Positions 43,240 to 53,904 of a DNA stretch of 64,000 bases are shown piece after piece. The notes below the pieces were generated by a model. The model saw nothing but the letters and a program-made list of their open reading frames with translations. It did no database searches and was not told the origin of the DNA. Within the stretch, counting starts at the first letter, position 1. Each line of letters begins with the position of its first letter. The stretch is taken from NCBI GenBank assembly GCA_963745075.1, contig CAVUWV010000028.1, positions 64,001 through 128,000 of the forward strand, read 5' to 3'. A program made the translations under genes and the position numbers. Source of the DNA: Candidatus Hydrogenedentota bacterium (lineage in GTDB: Bacteria; Hydrogenedentota; Hydrogenedentia; Hydrogenedentales; SLHB01).

Positions 43240-44071
43240 TCACGCCGCTCCGATCGCATCTACAATCCCAGTATACCACTCCCACGGAAGCCTCACCTTC
43301 CCCATTTCCGCTTGGCCTTTGATTTCGCCGTGACAGTCGGAGCCACCGGTGACGAGGAGATTGCGTTCGCGGGCGAGCTGGTGGTAGGCGTCGGATTGGC
43401 CGGGGCTGTGTTTGCTGTGGTAGACCTCGATACCATCGAAGGGTAGTTGCAGGAGCTTAGGCAGGATGATGTGGGTGGTGCCGATGCCGGGGTGGGCGAG
43501 GAAGGCGAGGCCGCCGGCGCCGTGGATGAGGGTCGATGGCGCGTTCGCAGGAGAGGCGGACTTTCGGGACGTAGGCGCGTTTGCCGACTCCGATATAGCG
43601 GTTGAATGCGTCCTGCACGGTCTTGACGTGACCGGTGGCGTGGAGTTCGCGGGCGATGTGCATGCGGCCGATGGCGGCGCCGGGCCCGGCGTGGGCGGCT
43701 ACGGCGTCCAAGGTGATCGGGATGCCGAGAGCGTTCAGCCTTCCGACGATTTTGACGGCGCGTTCGTTGCGGCTATCGCAGAGGCGCGTGAGTGCGGTGT
43801 TGAGCTCAGCGTCGTCGAGCCGGATGCCGAAGCCGAGGATGTGGACTTCGTGTTTGCCGTGCGACGCGCTGATTTCGGTTCCGCGGAGAAATTCGAGTCC
43901 TGCCGCGCGTGCGGCGGCTTCGCCTTCTTCTAAGCCCGCAAGGGTGTCGTGGTCGGTAATGGCGATGGCGGAGAGACCGGCGGCGACGGCCCGTTCGACA
44001 ACGCGCGCGGGGGAGTCGGACCCGTCGGAGTAGTGGGTGTGGAGGTGGAGATCGGCGTAGCGCTCGGCCAT
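43240..44071 (-). CDS. PHP-domain phosphoesterase, TrpH/YciV-like (apparent frameshift near 43532)
   Basis: DLHLHTHYSDG, AITDHD, GRMHIA; after the shift LAHPG...GIEVYH...TGGSDCHG; TGA at 43240. Confidence 0.85.
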
Positions 44072-44105
44072 GGGTTAGGCGCTCTCGGCAAAGGGCGGAA
44101 GAAGA

Positions 44106-44279
44106 ACATCCCCCTTGATCCCCCTTCGAAGGGGGAATTTCGCGTGTTTCAGGTACCGGACGGACGTGTCTGTAATGACTTCGATACGAAGACTTCGGAA
44201 GCTCGAATGCCGCGCCGCAAAGCGTGCGCCGATACTTCCCCCTTTGAAGGGGGCAGGCCCGTAGGGCCGCGGGGGATGT
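44106..44279. repeat. REP-doublet/MITE-like element, copy 3
   Basis: ACATCCCCCTTGATCCCCCTTCGAAGGGGGAA ... TTCCCCCTTTGAAGGGGGCAGGCCCGTAGGGCCGCGGGGGATGT. Confidence 0.88.
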
Positions 44280-44308
44280 TGTCTGCACGGGATGCATATG
44301 GTTGCTCA

Positions 44309-44800
44309 TCAGCTCTTCATGTTCACGTATTGGAGGGGGACTTCCAGGTCCTTGGCCTTAAGCATTTGGATGACCTTTTGCAGATCGTCAATCTTGTTGC
44401 CGGTGACGCGGACTTGTTGGTCCTGAATCTGGGCCTGAACTTTCAATTTCATCGCTTTGATCATCTTGACCATCTTCTTGGCGAGATCGGTTTCGATGCC
44501 CTCGATGATTTTGGCTTCGCGTTTGACATGACCTTTGGCGGTGGGCTCGACTTCGCCGTATTGCAGGACCTTCGGGCTGACTTTGCGCTTGACGAGGTTG
44601 CCGGCGAGGGTTTCTTCGATGGCCTGGAGTTTCATCGTGTCCTCGGTGGTGATGGCGATGCGCAGGCCTTTCTTGTCGAGGGTAATCTCCGTGTCGGAAC
44701 CGCGGAAATCGTAGCGGGTGCCGACGACCTTCTTCGTAATATTAACGGCGTTGTCGACTTCTTGGAGGTCGACCTTGTTGACGATGTCGAAGGACGGCAT
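44309..44800 (-). CDS. yajQ: YajQ family nucleotide/c-di-GMP-binding protein
   Basis: MPSFDIVNKVDLQEVDNA, RYDFRGS, VQAQIQDQQVRVTG. Confidence 0.93.
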   Translation of the reverse strand: MPSFDIVNKVDLQEVDNAVNITKKVVGTRYDFRGSDTEITLDKKGLRIAITTEDTMKLQAIEETLAGNLVKRKVSPKVLQYGEVEPTAKGHVKREAKIIEGIETDLAKKMVKMIKAMKLKVQAQIQDQQVRVTGNKIDDLQKVIQMLKAKDLEVPLQYVNMKS

Positions 44801-44908
44801 TTTCGTGCAGTCTCCTTTGTCGTTGTTGGTTCCCGACGACGGTCTTCCTGTGCGAATCGGTCGATTGGGTTAACCCGCCAGGCTGGTGCCTGGCGCTCCC
44901 AGTGGTTG

Positions 44909-45837
44909 TCAATGAAGTTCAGTTTGTTGTTTGTATTCGTCGAATAGACTTGCGATATCGACTTCTTTCGCGCTCCCTTTGTGGACGACGACACGGTAGC
45001 GGAGGGTCAGTTTCTCGCCTTTGGGGAGATCGAGGCGGTCGTTGTCGAGCCAAAACATGGGGGTTGGGGAGAAAAATCCATAGTCGCGGGTGAACCATTT
45101 GGACGGGATACCAGCGGTTATTGGGGTTCTGGAAGATGGCAATGCCTTCGGTTACGCCGTCGCGGGCGCCGGAGTAGTCACACCAAGGGGATTCAACACC
45201 GTAGGTGCCCTCCTCCTTCATGTTGCCCTGTGCGTTGATGAGCGTGCCGCCGCTGTTGACGCTGAGCTCCGGAACCACGCGCGCGGAGAACAGGGAGTGG
45301 TTGGTTTTGGTGATGGTAATATCGACCAGCGGCGTAAGGGTGATTTCAAAATCGATCAAGCGGACTGTGTCGCTGGACGCGGTGATGGTTACTGTGCGTT
45401 CGTCGCGCATGACGGGTTCTTCGCCGGGCTTGCGCCATTGGCAGACATCGGTAAAGACTACCTGGTTTCCCCCGCTCTCTACGATGACTGGGCCTTCGGA
45501 GACGATTTGTCCCCGATCGTTCACGTCCTGCCAGTAGTTGCCGTCGTTGACATGGTCGCACCCGAAGAACAGGGAATGATGGTGCGGATAGGGTTCCGAT
45601 GACTCCGTCGTGATCGATTCGCCGGAGGCCGGGCCATTCACGGGCCAGAAGTACGGGTATTTCTGATCGCCGGTGAATTTGTACGCGGTGAACAGCGTGC
45701 CGTCGACGCGGACTTCAATCTGCGTACTCGAACGCGTTGCGGTAACTTCCGCCTTTGCGCAGACACTGACGGCGAACGCGAGCAGCCACGCCCAGTGCTA
45801 ATCGCCGCAAGCAGGGAAAAGATGGGCATGTAAACAT
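44909..45837 (-). CDS. PmoA-like (DUF6807-type) secreted protein (apparent frameshifts near 45792 and 45107)
   Basis: GAGGAGG-ATG at 45837; reconstructed KYPYFWPV...YPHHHSLFF...WCDYSG...WFTRDYGFFSP...LRYRVVVH. Confidence 0.7.
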
Positions 45838-46001
45838 ACTGCCTCCTCATTGGATATCCGGGATCATACCCAGAATACGCGTTTGGAGGCCGCACGATCT
45901 AGTCGGCGACTTGCCACCACGATGGCTCGGAACACGTCCAGAGTCAGGCGATATTGCGAATGACTTGTCGACGAGATGGCGATACGTCGATTTGACTCCG
46001 C

Positions 46002-46427
46002 TCACCCTTCCGGAGCTCCCGCGAGGATCCATTTTCGCAGGGTTTCGATTTGTTCGCTGGTGAGGGGGTCGCCTTTCTTGGGCATGTAAGGCTCTTCCTG
46101 TTTCGTCACCAACCGGAAGAGTTTGCTGCCGTCGGGGTTGCCGGGGACGATTACGGCGCCGGATTTCCCGCCCTTCATGACCTCCGCATAGGAGTTGACC
46201 GAGAAGTTCCCTTTCGTGCTTCGGCCACCATGGCAGTTGTTGCACGATGCATTGAAGATGGGCCCGATATCCTTGGCGAAGGTTACACTCGCTACGGTTA
46301 CATCGGAAGCACTGGGACTTGCGGTTGGCGGGTCGGTGGCATCTTTTGGGGTAGACGAAACCTGTTTGCAGGAAACGACACCAAGAACGACAAGGATGGT
46401 CAGGCATCCCCAGAACACTCGACTCAT
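46002..46427 (-). CDS. Monoheme cytochrome c lipoprotein (planctomycete cytochrome C-type domain)
   Basis: Lipobox VVSC; FAKDIGPIF, CNNCH heme motif, distal MP, LRKWILAGA. Confidence 0.85.
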   Translation of the reverse strand: MSRVFWGCLTILVVLGVVSCKQVSSTPKDATDPPTASPSASDVTVASVTFAKDIGPIFNASCNNCHGGRSTKGNFSVNSYAEVMKGGKSGAVIVPGNPDGSKLFRLVTKQEEPYMPKKGDPLTSEQIETLRKWILAGAPEG

Positions 46428-46688
46428 GGTTCACTACTCCTTCCGGTATTCGTGCCGGCGGCATACCGCAGTCTTAACTGGTGATTCTGCAATTGGTTTG
46501 CGGGCACACGTCGCCCATATTGGCCAATGCATTCGTGGGCGGTTCGAGATTATGTCGCGACCGGGCCAAGATTTCCCTTTGCAACCACGGACGCGATATT
46601 GTAAACTGAATACCCGGAAACAGGGGCGGGCGGCGTTGTATACCCAGATGAAGCCGCCGGATACAACATCGGATGGAGAGGCCTATTC

Positions 46689-47408
46689 ATGAAAGCGATG
46701 AGCACTACTCTCGCGGTGGTCCTTGCCGCCGTATTCTGCAGCCATGCAACCGCCATCGAACCAAGCCACTGGGGCAAATATGGCAATCCCGAGGAACCGG
46801 CGACTCGTCCCTACAAGGCGATGTGGCGGGGACTTAAAGCCATTCCCTATCAGATTCGCACCTCCAAGCATTCCGGCGAAGCGAAAGTCGAGGCCAAATG
46901 GGGCCGGGTGGAAGGATTTCGTGGGGTCCGTCGTGGCGTCGTCGAGCTGGGCTACAGCACGTGGTGGGGCATGGCCGGCACCTATCCGGCGCCGGTCGAT
47001 GATTTCAGCAGCGCCAACCAGTGGATCGAGCATGACCGCCGGCTTGCAGCCCTGTGCGACCTGCCCACGACCGCGGGCATTTTTGCCTTGGTCAGCGGCA
47101 GCAACGCACTGGTGATGATGTTCGGGTCCGCCGCGGTGACGGTCGCGCAAAGCGAAGTCGATCGACGGGTGATGGGTCCGGAACAATTGGAGGCCAATCT
47201 CGAAGCGGCTCGCCGCACTCGTGCTCAGAATTGGCCGGCTTATGGGCCAGACCGTAACGAGGCGCGTCCGCAAGGGCTGAAATTCACCGGTACGCTTAAA
47301 GAAGAACACGACAGCAAGAAGGCGGAGACGGAACTCGAAGCGCTGGACACGCCGTACTCGGGCGACATGATTGCGAAGGCGCGCCGGGGCCGCATCGCCG
47401 AAGACTAA
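46689..47408 (+). CDS. Hypothetical exported protein
   Basis: Signal peptide, GAGG RBS, followed by a terminator-like hairpin. Confidence 0.6.
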   Translation: MKAMSTTLAVVLAAVFCSHATAIEPSHWGKYGNPEEPATRPYKAMWRGLKAIPYQIRTSKHSGEAKVEAKWGRVEGFRGVRRGVVELGYSTWWGMAGTYPAPVDDFSSANQWIEHDRRLAALCDLPTTAGIFALVSGSNALVMMFGSAAVTVAQSEVDRRVMGPEQLEANLEAARRTRAQNWPAYGPDRNEARPQGLKFTGTLKEEHDSKKAETELEALDTPYSGDMIAKARRGRIAED

Positions 47409-47436
47409 TCCGCACCGTATACGCAAAGCATTACCC

Positions 47437-47467
47437 ACGCCCGGTGATTTGCCGGGCGTGTTTCTTG
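47437..47467 (+). terminator. Intrinsic terminator-like hairpin
   Basis: CACGCCCGG...CCGGGCGTG followed by TTTCTT. Confidence 0.55.
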
Positions 47468-47486
47468 ATCCGAGAGACCACCGCCC

Positions 47487-49274
47487 GTGAGCAGCAGCGC
47501 ACAAAACCGTTTTGTACCCATTCTCACCGCAACGGCGTTGATCGCCACGTTCTACGCGCTGGGCGTCAGCGACGTCATCACGGATAACGAGGGACAACGC
47601 ACCACCCCACCGGCCGAGATGGTGCGTTCCGGCGATTACCTGATTCCTACCATTAACGGAGCCGATTATCTCGTCAAACCGCCGCTCCTCTACTGGGCGA
47701 TTGCCGGACTCTACAAGGTCACGGGGAACGTCAACCCGTTCGTCGCGCGAATCCCCACTGCACTGTGTGGGGCGATGCTGGTCGTTGCCGCGTATCTCGC
47801 GTTCCGGAAACGGGCGGGCGACGGGCCTGCCAAGTGGGCGGCGTTGGCCCTGTTGGCATCGCCCTACGTGCTCGAACGCATGCGGTGGGCGGAACTGGAT
47901 ATCCCGCTAACCTTTGCCGTGTTTCTCAGCGTGGTCGCCTTTGAACGCGCGGCCTTGGCAACCGAGACCCGGTCTTGCTGGGGATTCATCCTGGGTGCGG
48001 GCGTTGCCTTCGGCGCGGCCGTCATGCTGAAAGGTCCCGTGCCGTTCCTGTTCCTGTGGGTGGCGGGCGTGGCGGTGCTCACCGTAAATGGTGACGATCC
48101 CAACCGGGTCGTGCGCCTCGGGTTGACTTGGAGTTTGATCGCGTTCGCAGTGGAAGTCGCTGCCAAGACCGCAGCCGGACTCCTGCCCGCCTACGCAAAA
48201 TTCCTGGGAACGCCGGTTGAACTGGGAGCGGTAATTCTGTTGTGGACGGTCCTCGCGTGGCGGTTTGGCGGAGAAAACCGTTGCCGGACCCTGGGGCTGT
48301 GGTTCGCGACCCTGGCCATCGGCGTTGCCGTCGCGGCACCGTGGGCGCTGGCTGTGCTGTACACGAAGGGCTGGCCTTACATCAGCGGCATGTTGCACAA
48401 CCAGGTCGTCGAGCGGACCTACGTGGCCAGCCGGATCAATAGCGGTACCCCCTTCTACTATGTTGCCGCCATCGGTGCAATGCTGGCTCCATGGGGGCTA
48501 TTGCTGCCCCTCCACATTTCGCGCGGGCAGTGGAACAGCCATCCGGCGCCGTACCGGTTTGGCCTCATCATGGGCTGGCTCAGTGTGCTGGTGTTTTCGC
48601 TGATTGCGGGCAAGGAATACGAGTACATCCTCCCTTGCGTGCCATTCTTGCTGCTGCCGACCGGGTTTCACCTCTCCGACGATCCCGAGGATATCCGGCA
48701 GCCGTGGATCGCCCGCTGGCTGAAGATCTGGCGCGCGACGTTCGCCGTGTTGCTCCCGGTCGTTGCATTGGGTGGCGCGGTGTATCTGTCCTTTACGGAA
48801 CCGCGCGCCTCGTTGCTGGTCTTCGTGTGGCCGCTGGCGTTGCTGGGGGTTGTCGCGGGCGTCCTGGGCATCGTGACGCCCCGCGGCCGGACGATTACCG
48901 TATTCTCCGCGGCGCTCTGCGTGATCCTGATCGGACTTGTCGCCCGTGACGACATCAACACGCGCGAAGACTCCCCCCGGGAACTCGCCCGACTCTGCGG
49001 CCACCTCGTCCGCGACGGCTACACCGTCGAAGCCGCCAAGGTCTACCCCGCCTTCGCCTTCTACGCCGAAGCCACCATTCCCATCAACATCAACCCCGCC
49101 GACGTCCGTTCCAAACTGGAATCCCCCACGCCCTACTTCTACCTGGTGCGGGAGAAAGATTTTCGATTGAGCCTTCCAGACAGCGGAGACATTCCCGGCG
49201 TCCAAATCGTCGCGGGGCCGTACGGCTATAAGACGGACATGGTGCTCGTGGGGAACGCGGAGTTGCCGCACTGA
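47487..49274 (+). CDS. ArnT/PMT-family (GT83/GT39) membrane glycosyltransferase
   Basis: NEG...EMVRSGDYLIP...KPPLLYW, MLKGP, KEYEYILP; many TM helices. Confidence 0.85.
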   Translation: MSSSAQNRFVPILTATALIATFYALGVSDVITDNEGQRTTPPAEMVRSGDYLIPTINGADYLVKPPLLYWAIAGLYKVTGNVNPFVARIPTALCGAMLVVAAYLAFRKRAGDGPAKWAALALLASPYVLERMRWAELDIPLTFAVFLSVVAFERAALATETRSCWGFILGAGVAFGAAVMLKGPVPFLFLWVAGVAVLTVNGDDPNRVVRLGLTWSLIAFAVEVAAKTAAGLLPAYAKFLGTPVELGAVILLWTVLAWRFGGENRCRTLGLWFATLAIGVAVAAPWALAVLYTKGWPYISGMLHNQVVERTYVASRINSGTPFYYVAAIGAMLAPWGLLLPLHISRGQWNSHPAPYRFGLIMGWLSVLVFSLIAGKEYEYILPCVPFLLLPTGFHLSDDPEDIRQPWIARWLKIWRATFAVLLPVVALGGAVYLSFTEPRASLLVFVWPLALLGVVAGVLGIVTPRGRTITVFSAALCVILIGLVARDDINTREDSPRELARLCGHLVRDGYTVEAAKVYPAFAFYAEATIPININPADVRSKLESPTPYFYLVREKDFRLSLPDSGDIPGVQIVAGPYGYKTDMVLVGNAELPH

Positions 49275-49488
49275 CGATATAGCCACGGTTGCCAAATCCG
49301 CCTTTTGGGTATAGGATCAAAGGGCTGGAGCCCTGTAATTTGGTGCGGTGTGCCAGGGTGTCACGATTCGGGCTGAATACGTGTGTAATAGGGGTTGTTA
49401 CACGCGGACTGCCGGGGAAGGAGTCTCGCGGAAAGAAGCGAATCTTTCCGGCGTGCTCGCTGGTCCCGGCGGGGGAAATGGCGAGCGA

Positions 49489-51630
49489 ATGAGTGACACG
49501 GTTCTGGGCGAGGGGTTGGGAGATTCACGCGAGGGAGAATCCGTGCAATCCCGCCGGTTGTCTGCATCCAGCGCATTGCGAACAGCCATCTCCGGCCTGT
49601 CGGGTCTGGACAAACTCGGCATCGCGTTCCTTGCGGGGGGAGGTGCGCTTCACGCCACAGCGCAATCCTTGAATTTCATGGGGTATATCGGCAGTGCCAC
49701 CCAGGAATCCCTGAAGCTGGCGGGGTTGTTCCTGTTGTTTGTCCCCGCGGTATATGTGGTTCGTCGGAGTTTCGAGCGGCCGCTCGTGAAATGGCTGGTA
49801 TTCTCGGGGCTTGGTGCGGAATTTATCCACATTTGTTTGGACATATCCGACGACACGGTGCTTTCGCAGTACGGGATACTGTTCAATGATGCCCAACCGG
49901 TTCACATCGTTTTGCAGGAATTCTTCCACGGCGCGGCGCTGACCCTCCTGTTGGGGGCGCTCTATTACTTCATCGTTTCGTATCAATCGAGTGAGGCCAA
50001 TCTCTCGTTGGAACGGGATGCCCTTCGCGCCGAAGTGGGAGAACGCGCCAATACGGAAAAGGCGTTGGAGCGGAGCGAAGCGATGTTCCGTACACTGGTT
50101 CAGGGAACGTCGGATGCCTTTATCGTTGTGGATTCGGAGGGCAACATTCGTTACGCGACGGATTCGATTCGCCGTATCGCGGGGTACGACCCCGTAAACC
50201 AATTGTTAGGCCGACGATTCATGGATTTCGTGCTTCGGAGTTGCGACACCGTCAACGTTGTGGACGCAGCGATCGATAACCCGGAACCGGGGTCCAGTCA
50301 ACGGTACGAGCTTCAGTTTGCCCATTGCACCGGCAAGGCTTGTTTCCTGGAAGTGGTGGTGACCAATCTGCTTCGCTCGCCGAGTATCCGCGGTATCGTG
50401 GTCCATGCCCGCGACGTAACGGAGCGCCGGTCTCTCGAGGAGCAGTTGCGGCGTTCGCAGAACTTGGGCACCCTCGGCGCCTTGTCCGGCGGGATCGCCC
50501 ACGACTTCAAGAATATTCTGACGGGACTGCTCATCCGTTGCGATCGTTTGCTGGACGACGAGACTTGTCCGGATACCATTCGGAACGAAGTGCAGCTCAT
50601 TCGCCGAACGTCGTACCGCGGTGCCGCCTTGGCGAAGAAGATGCTTTCTTACACCCGCCGTGCCGCTTCCCAACTGCGCGTGATCGACATCAATGCATCG
50701 ATGCGAGACATCGAGGAAATGGTACGAGGCGTTCTGGGAGATGACGTTCGGATTGTGCTCAATCTTCGTGACGCTCCGATTTGTGTTAGTATCGACCCCG
50801 TCGATCTCGAACAAGTGCTGATCAATCTTATCACGAACGCGCGTGACGCGATGCCTACCGGGGGGCGCCTGGAACTGGCGACCGATGTGCTGAGCGCAGA
50901 ACACGCCGACCCGGAATTGCCGGCCGGAGAGTTTGCGGTCGTAACGGTGGCGGATACGGGTTGCGGCATTCGGCCGGAACATCAGAGCCGGATTTTTGAG
51001 CCGTTCTTTTCGACCAAGGAACCCAGCGCCCGGACGGGCCTGGGGCTTTCCACGGTGTACCGAATTATCGAACATCACGGGGGATCGATTCGCGTTTACA
51101 CGAAGCCGAGCCACGGCACGACATTCAAGGTACTTCTACCCACGGCAAAGACCCGGATCGATCGGGCCATGTCGACGATTGGCGGTCCCAGTATCGAACG
51201 AGGCGTGGAGACGATTCTTCTTGCGGAGGACTCCGAAGAGGTGCGTCGTCTTACGAAATCGATACTCTTGGAGAAGGGCTATCAGGTTCTGGAGGCGGAA
51301 GACTATGAGGGCGCACTCCGGATGTCGGAACGTCACGCCGGGCCCATTCACTTATTATTGACTGACATCGTGATGATGGGCCGAAGCGGGCCGGAGTTGG
51401 CGGAATCCATCGTGGCGCAACGTCCCAACGTCAGCGTGTTGTATATGTCCGGATACTCGGGCGACGTGATTCGCCGCTATACCGATGACTACGAAACCAG
51501 CGCCCACATCGAAAAGCCTTTTACCTCATGCGAATTGCTGGCGAAGGTCCGAACGGTGCTGGATGAAGCCCAGCGATCCGGTGAGAAACCCGAGCGTTCA
51601 TCGGGACCCCCCCTCGAAGACCAGGCGTAA
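49489..51630 (+). CDS. Membrane hybrid sensor histidine kinase (TM-PAS-HisKA-HATPase-REC)
   Basis: PAS ending RDVTER, GIAHDF H-box, NARDAM, DTGCG, FEPFF, receiver LAED/LLTD/KPF. Confidence 0.9.
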   Translation: MSDTVLGEGLGDSREGESVQSRRLSASSALRTAISGLSGLDKLGIAFLAGGGALHATAQSLNFMGYIGSATQESLKLAGLFLLFVPAVYVVRRSFERPLVKWLVFSGLGAEFIHICLDISDDTVLSQYGILFNDAQPVHIVLQEFFHGAALTLLLGALYYFIVSYQSSEANLSLERDALRAEVGERANTEKALERSEAMFRTLVQGTSDAFIVVDSEGNIRYATDSIRRIAGYDPVNQLLGRRFMDFVLRSCDTVNVVDAAIDNPEPGSSQRYELQFAHCTGKACFLEVVVTNLLRSPSIRGIVVHARDVTERRSLEEQLRRSQNLGTLGALSGGIAHDFKNILTGLLIRCDRLLDDETCPDTIRNEVQLIRRTSYRGAALAKKMLSYTRRAASQLRVIDINASMRDIEEMVRGVLGDDVRIVLNLRDAPICVSIDPVDLEQVLINLITNARDAMPTGGRLELATDVLSAEHADPELPAGEFAVVTVADTGCGIRPEHQSRIFEPFFSTKEPSARTGLGLSTVYRIIEHHGGSIRVYTKPSHGTTFKVLLPTAKTRIDRAMSTIGGPSIERGVETILLAEDSEEVRRLTKSILLEKGYQVLEAEDYEGALRMSERHAGPIHLLLTDIVMMGRSGPELAESIVAQRPNVSVLYMSGYSGDVIRRYTDDYETSAHIEKPFTSCELLAKVRTVLDEAQRSGEKPERSSGPPLEDQA

Positions 51631-53025
51631 CCCCGGGTCGGGGACGAATTCGTACGTAGTCCGGGGACCACGCAGCGCTTGTCCCAGCGCGCGTTCCAGA
51701 TGCGGCACGGCGCCGGACGGACCTCCCTCATCGACGCGATTCATGCCCACGCTGAATACGGAATGGGCGTCCCCCGAGACGGTATAGCGTAGCGGTTTTC
51801 CGTCAAATGGATCGGAAAGGACGGCGTCCATATAGGCCGGAACCAGGGCGCTAAGGGAAGGTGGCATCGACCCGTGATCGGCGTGATACGCATCGATAGC
51901 CAGGATCGTCCGGGCGGCCCGCGCGCGTGCTGTAAGATCGGTAAATTCGCGAATGAGGTTCGGCATCGATCGGAAATAGAGGGCGGAACCGACGTAGTAC
52001 GATGGAAGCTGGCGCGTTTCCACTACGAGCGAATCGAAGTCGTCGATGCGTTGGGTTGCCGGCAAGAAACACAGCGAGACAAACCGGCCCATGTACTTAT
52101 AAAAACACAGGAGATCCAATTCGAGCTGGCCGCTGTAACGGTAGACGAAGTGGCGAAGTTCTGGATGCGATCCCCGGGCGCCGAGCACGACCAATTGCCG
52201 ATCGAACGGCAAGTCGTAGAACCACATCCCCAGGCAGCGCGCGGCCACGTAGGCGCGTGCGACCGGCGTTGCGTCTTCCAGCAAGACAAGCTCGCGCGAG
52301 ATGTCGCGCCGTGCATCGGTGTCCAGGTCGACGTGTGGGAGCATCCATTCCAGCCCTTGGACGCTTTGCTGTATTGCGGTGAACCGAATCAATTGGCTCG
52401 TCATGGACGGTTCCGCCTGCAGGGTCTGCGCGATGCGGAGGGACGCAGTTAAGGCACGGGCCGACTCTGCGCCACGGCCTTGGCACGCGCGCAAGACGGC
52501 GTCCATTGCCAACAGGTTCGACCCTTTCAACACTTGGCGCAGGTGCACCATCTCGCCGCCATTCGGCACGCCACCGAAGCTTGACGCGTAACGGGCAGGC
52601 TCGATCGTCGACGCCCGATACAGGGTTTCGAGGGCGTTGCGGTTTTGGTCGAGATAGCGCTCCAGGGCAGCGATCCGGTTCGAATCCCACGCGGTCCAGT
52701 TTGCCCCCGTAAACATGGGAAACCAACCGAAATCGGCCGGGGTATCGACCATGTAATCGGCGGCGGCCCGGACGAGGTCGGCGGCATTCTTACCTTCTAT
52801 CGGGGGGGACACCGCATCGAGTTCGTCGAGTGTGGCGGGATAACCAGCTGCGTGAATTGCGTCTACATCGGACGTGATTTCGTAAGTAAGGTACACCCGA
52901 AAACCGCCATAGGCGAGCGCGAGCGTCGCGAGGAGGACGAGCGCATGGACGGGCCGGATATGAACTTCACCCGGCCGGCGGTCATCGTGAGAATCCGTTT
53001 CAACTGGGGTATGGGGAGACGTCAT
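51598..53025 (-). CDS. Hypothetical membrane-anchored helical protein with pilin-like C-terminal motif
   Basis: N-terminal TM; C-terminal PPSLSALVPAY...DPFDGKPLRY...SVGMNRVDEGG; start inferred at MTSPHTP. Confidence 0.6.
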   Translation of the reverse strand: MTSPHTPVETDSHDDRRPGEVHIRPVHALVLLATLALAYGGFRVYLTYEITSDVDAIHAAGYPATLDELDAVSPPIEGKNAADLVRAAADYMVDTPADFGWFPMFTGANWTAWDSNRIAALERYLDQNRNALETLYRASTIEPARYASSFGGVPNGGEMVHLRQVLKGSNLLAMDAVLRACQGRGAESARALTASLRIAQTLQAEPSMTSQLIRFTAIQQSVQGLEWMLPHVDLDTDARRDISRELVLLEDATPVARAYVAARCLGMWFYDLPFDRQLVVLGARGSHPELRHFVYRYSGQLELDLLCFYKYMGRFVSLCFLPATQRIDDFDSLVVETRQLPSYYVGSALYFRSMPNLIREFTDLTARARAARTILAIDAYHADHGSMPPSLSALVPAYMDAVLSDPFDGKPLRYTVSGDAHSVFSVGMNRVDEGGPSGAVPHLERALGQALRGPRTTYEFVPDPGLRLVFEGGSR

Positions 53026-53773
53026 GAAGCGCCGGGTCCTCGTCGGTGGGTTGTAATTTGCCCAAATCGATCGCGCGATCGGCAGCGCCCGCAGCGTGCA
53101 GCACGAACGGGTCGATGCGGGTCCAACGATGCGCGCGATCGAGTATCCAGCCATCGGATGTGACGACGATGTTCGCGCTGTTCGCCAGTGTCTTATCGAC
53201 GTTTGCCTCCACGGCCACGTCCCAGGGCCAGTTGTGGCTTCGCGCTTCGGCCTGAAGCAGCGCGCGGAGACGGCCGCTGTTAGACACAGGGGCGTCGAAG
53301 AACCAATTGACATGCTTCACGCGCAAGTCCGCGAAAACATTCCCGAGGAGGCGCAGGGCGGTCAGCGTTTCCTCCACCCGGCGATAGGACCCGTGGACGC
53401 TGGCGAGGTCGCGCAGGCATCCGTCGCGTCCGCGGAGCAGAACCGCGCCGGACAGGACGCTCTCGGTTATGATGAGTTGGTTGTATCCATCGACGGCGAG
53501 GGTCGCGCCGGCAAGCCGATCGGGGACGATAAAGCACTTCGCTCGGCTACGGAGCGACGCGTCCGGACAAGACGCACCCAACACGGCACGCCGCTGGCGG
53601 GTCGTCAGTTGATAGTGGTCGCCCACCAGTTTCAGGGCGGCCCGCTCGGCGTAGTCGCGGGTCCGTAGAAGAGAAAGATCGGAAACAGCGTCGCGCAGTG
53701 TTGGGATCTGCGATGGCGCGAAGAGCGCGTCGTCCTGCGGATGTCTTCCTCGATGTCGTTGGCGTTGCGGCAC
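53000..53773 (-). CDS. DUF434 domain-containing protein (PIN/NYN-like)
   Basis: LKLVGDHYQL, VDGYNQLI, DGCLRDLA, DAPVSNSG, VTSD. Confidence 0.8.
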   Translation of the reverse strand: MPQRQRHRGRHPQDDALFAPSQIPTLRDAVSDLSLLRTRDYAERAALKLVGDHYQLTTRQRRAVLGASCPDASLRSRAKCFIVPDRLAGATLAVDGYNQLIITESVLSGAVLLRGRDGCLRDLASVHGSYRRVEETLTALRLLGNVFADLRVKHVNWFFDAPVSNSGRLRALLQAEARSHNWPWDVAVEANVDKTLANSANIVVTSDGWILDRAHRWTRIDPFVLHAAGAADRAIDLGKLQPTDEDPALHDVSPYPS

Positions 53774-53800
53774 GGTCCAGGCCTCTCGGTTCGGTTTGGG

Positions 53801-53887
53801 AAAATCGGGACAGTAATCATTTATTGGTTAACGATTCCAATTGCGATGCGTGCAGTTCAAGAAATAAATGGTTGCGGTCCCCATTTT
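53801..53887. repeat. Imperfect 25-bp inverted repeat pair overlapping the rnpB promoter
   Basis: AAAATCGGGACAGTAATCATTTATT (53801-53825) matches the reverse complement of 53863-53887 at 21/25. Confidence 0.6.
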
Positions 53888-53899
53888 CACACGTATAAT
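53872..53899 (+). promoter_or_regulatory. Sigma70-type promoter of rnpB
   Basis: TTGCGG-N16-TATAAT ending 5 nt before the RNA 5' end. Confidence 0.6.
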
Positions 53900-53904
53900 A
53901 CCAT

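Noticed and set aside
44909..45837. PmoA label read as particulate methane monooxygenase
   Set aside because: The protein is a soluble secreted beta-type family member with no multi-TM pMMO topology and no pmoB or pmoC neighbours
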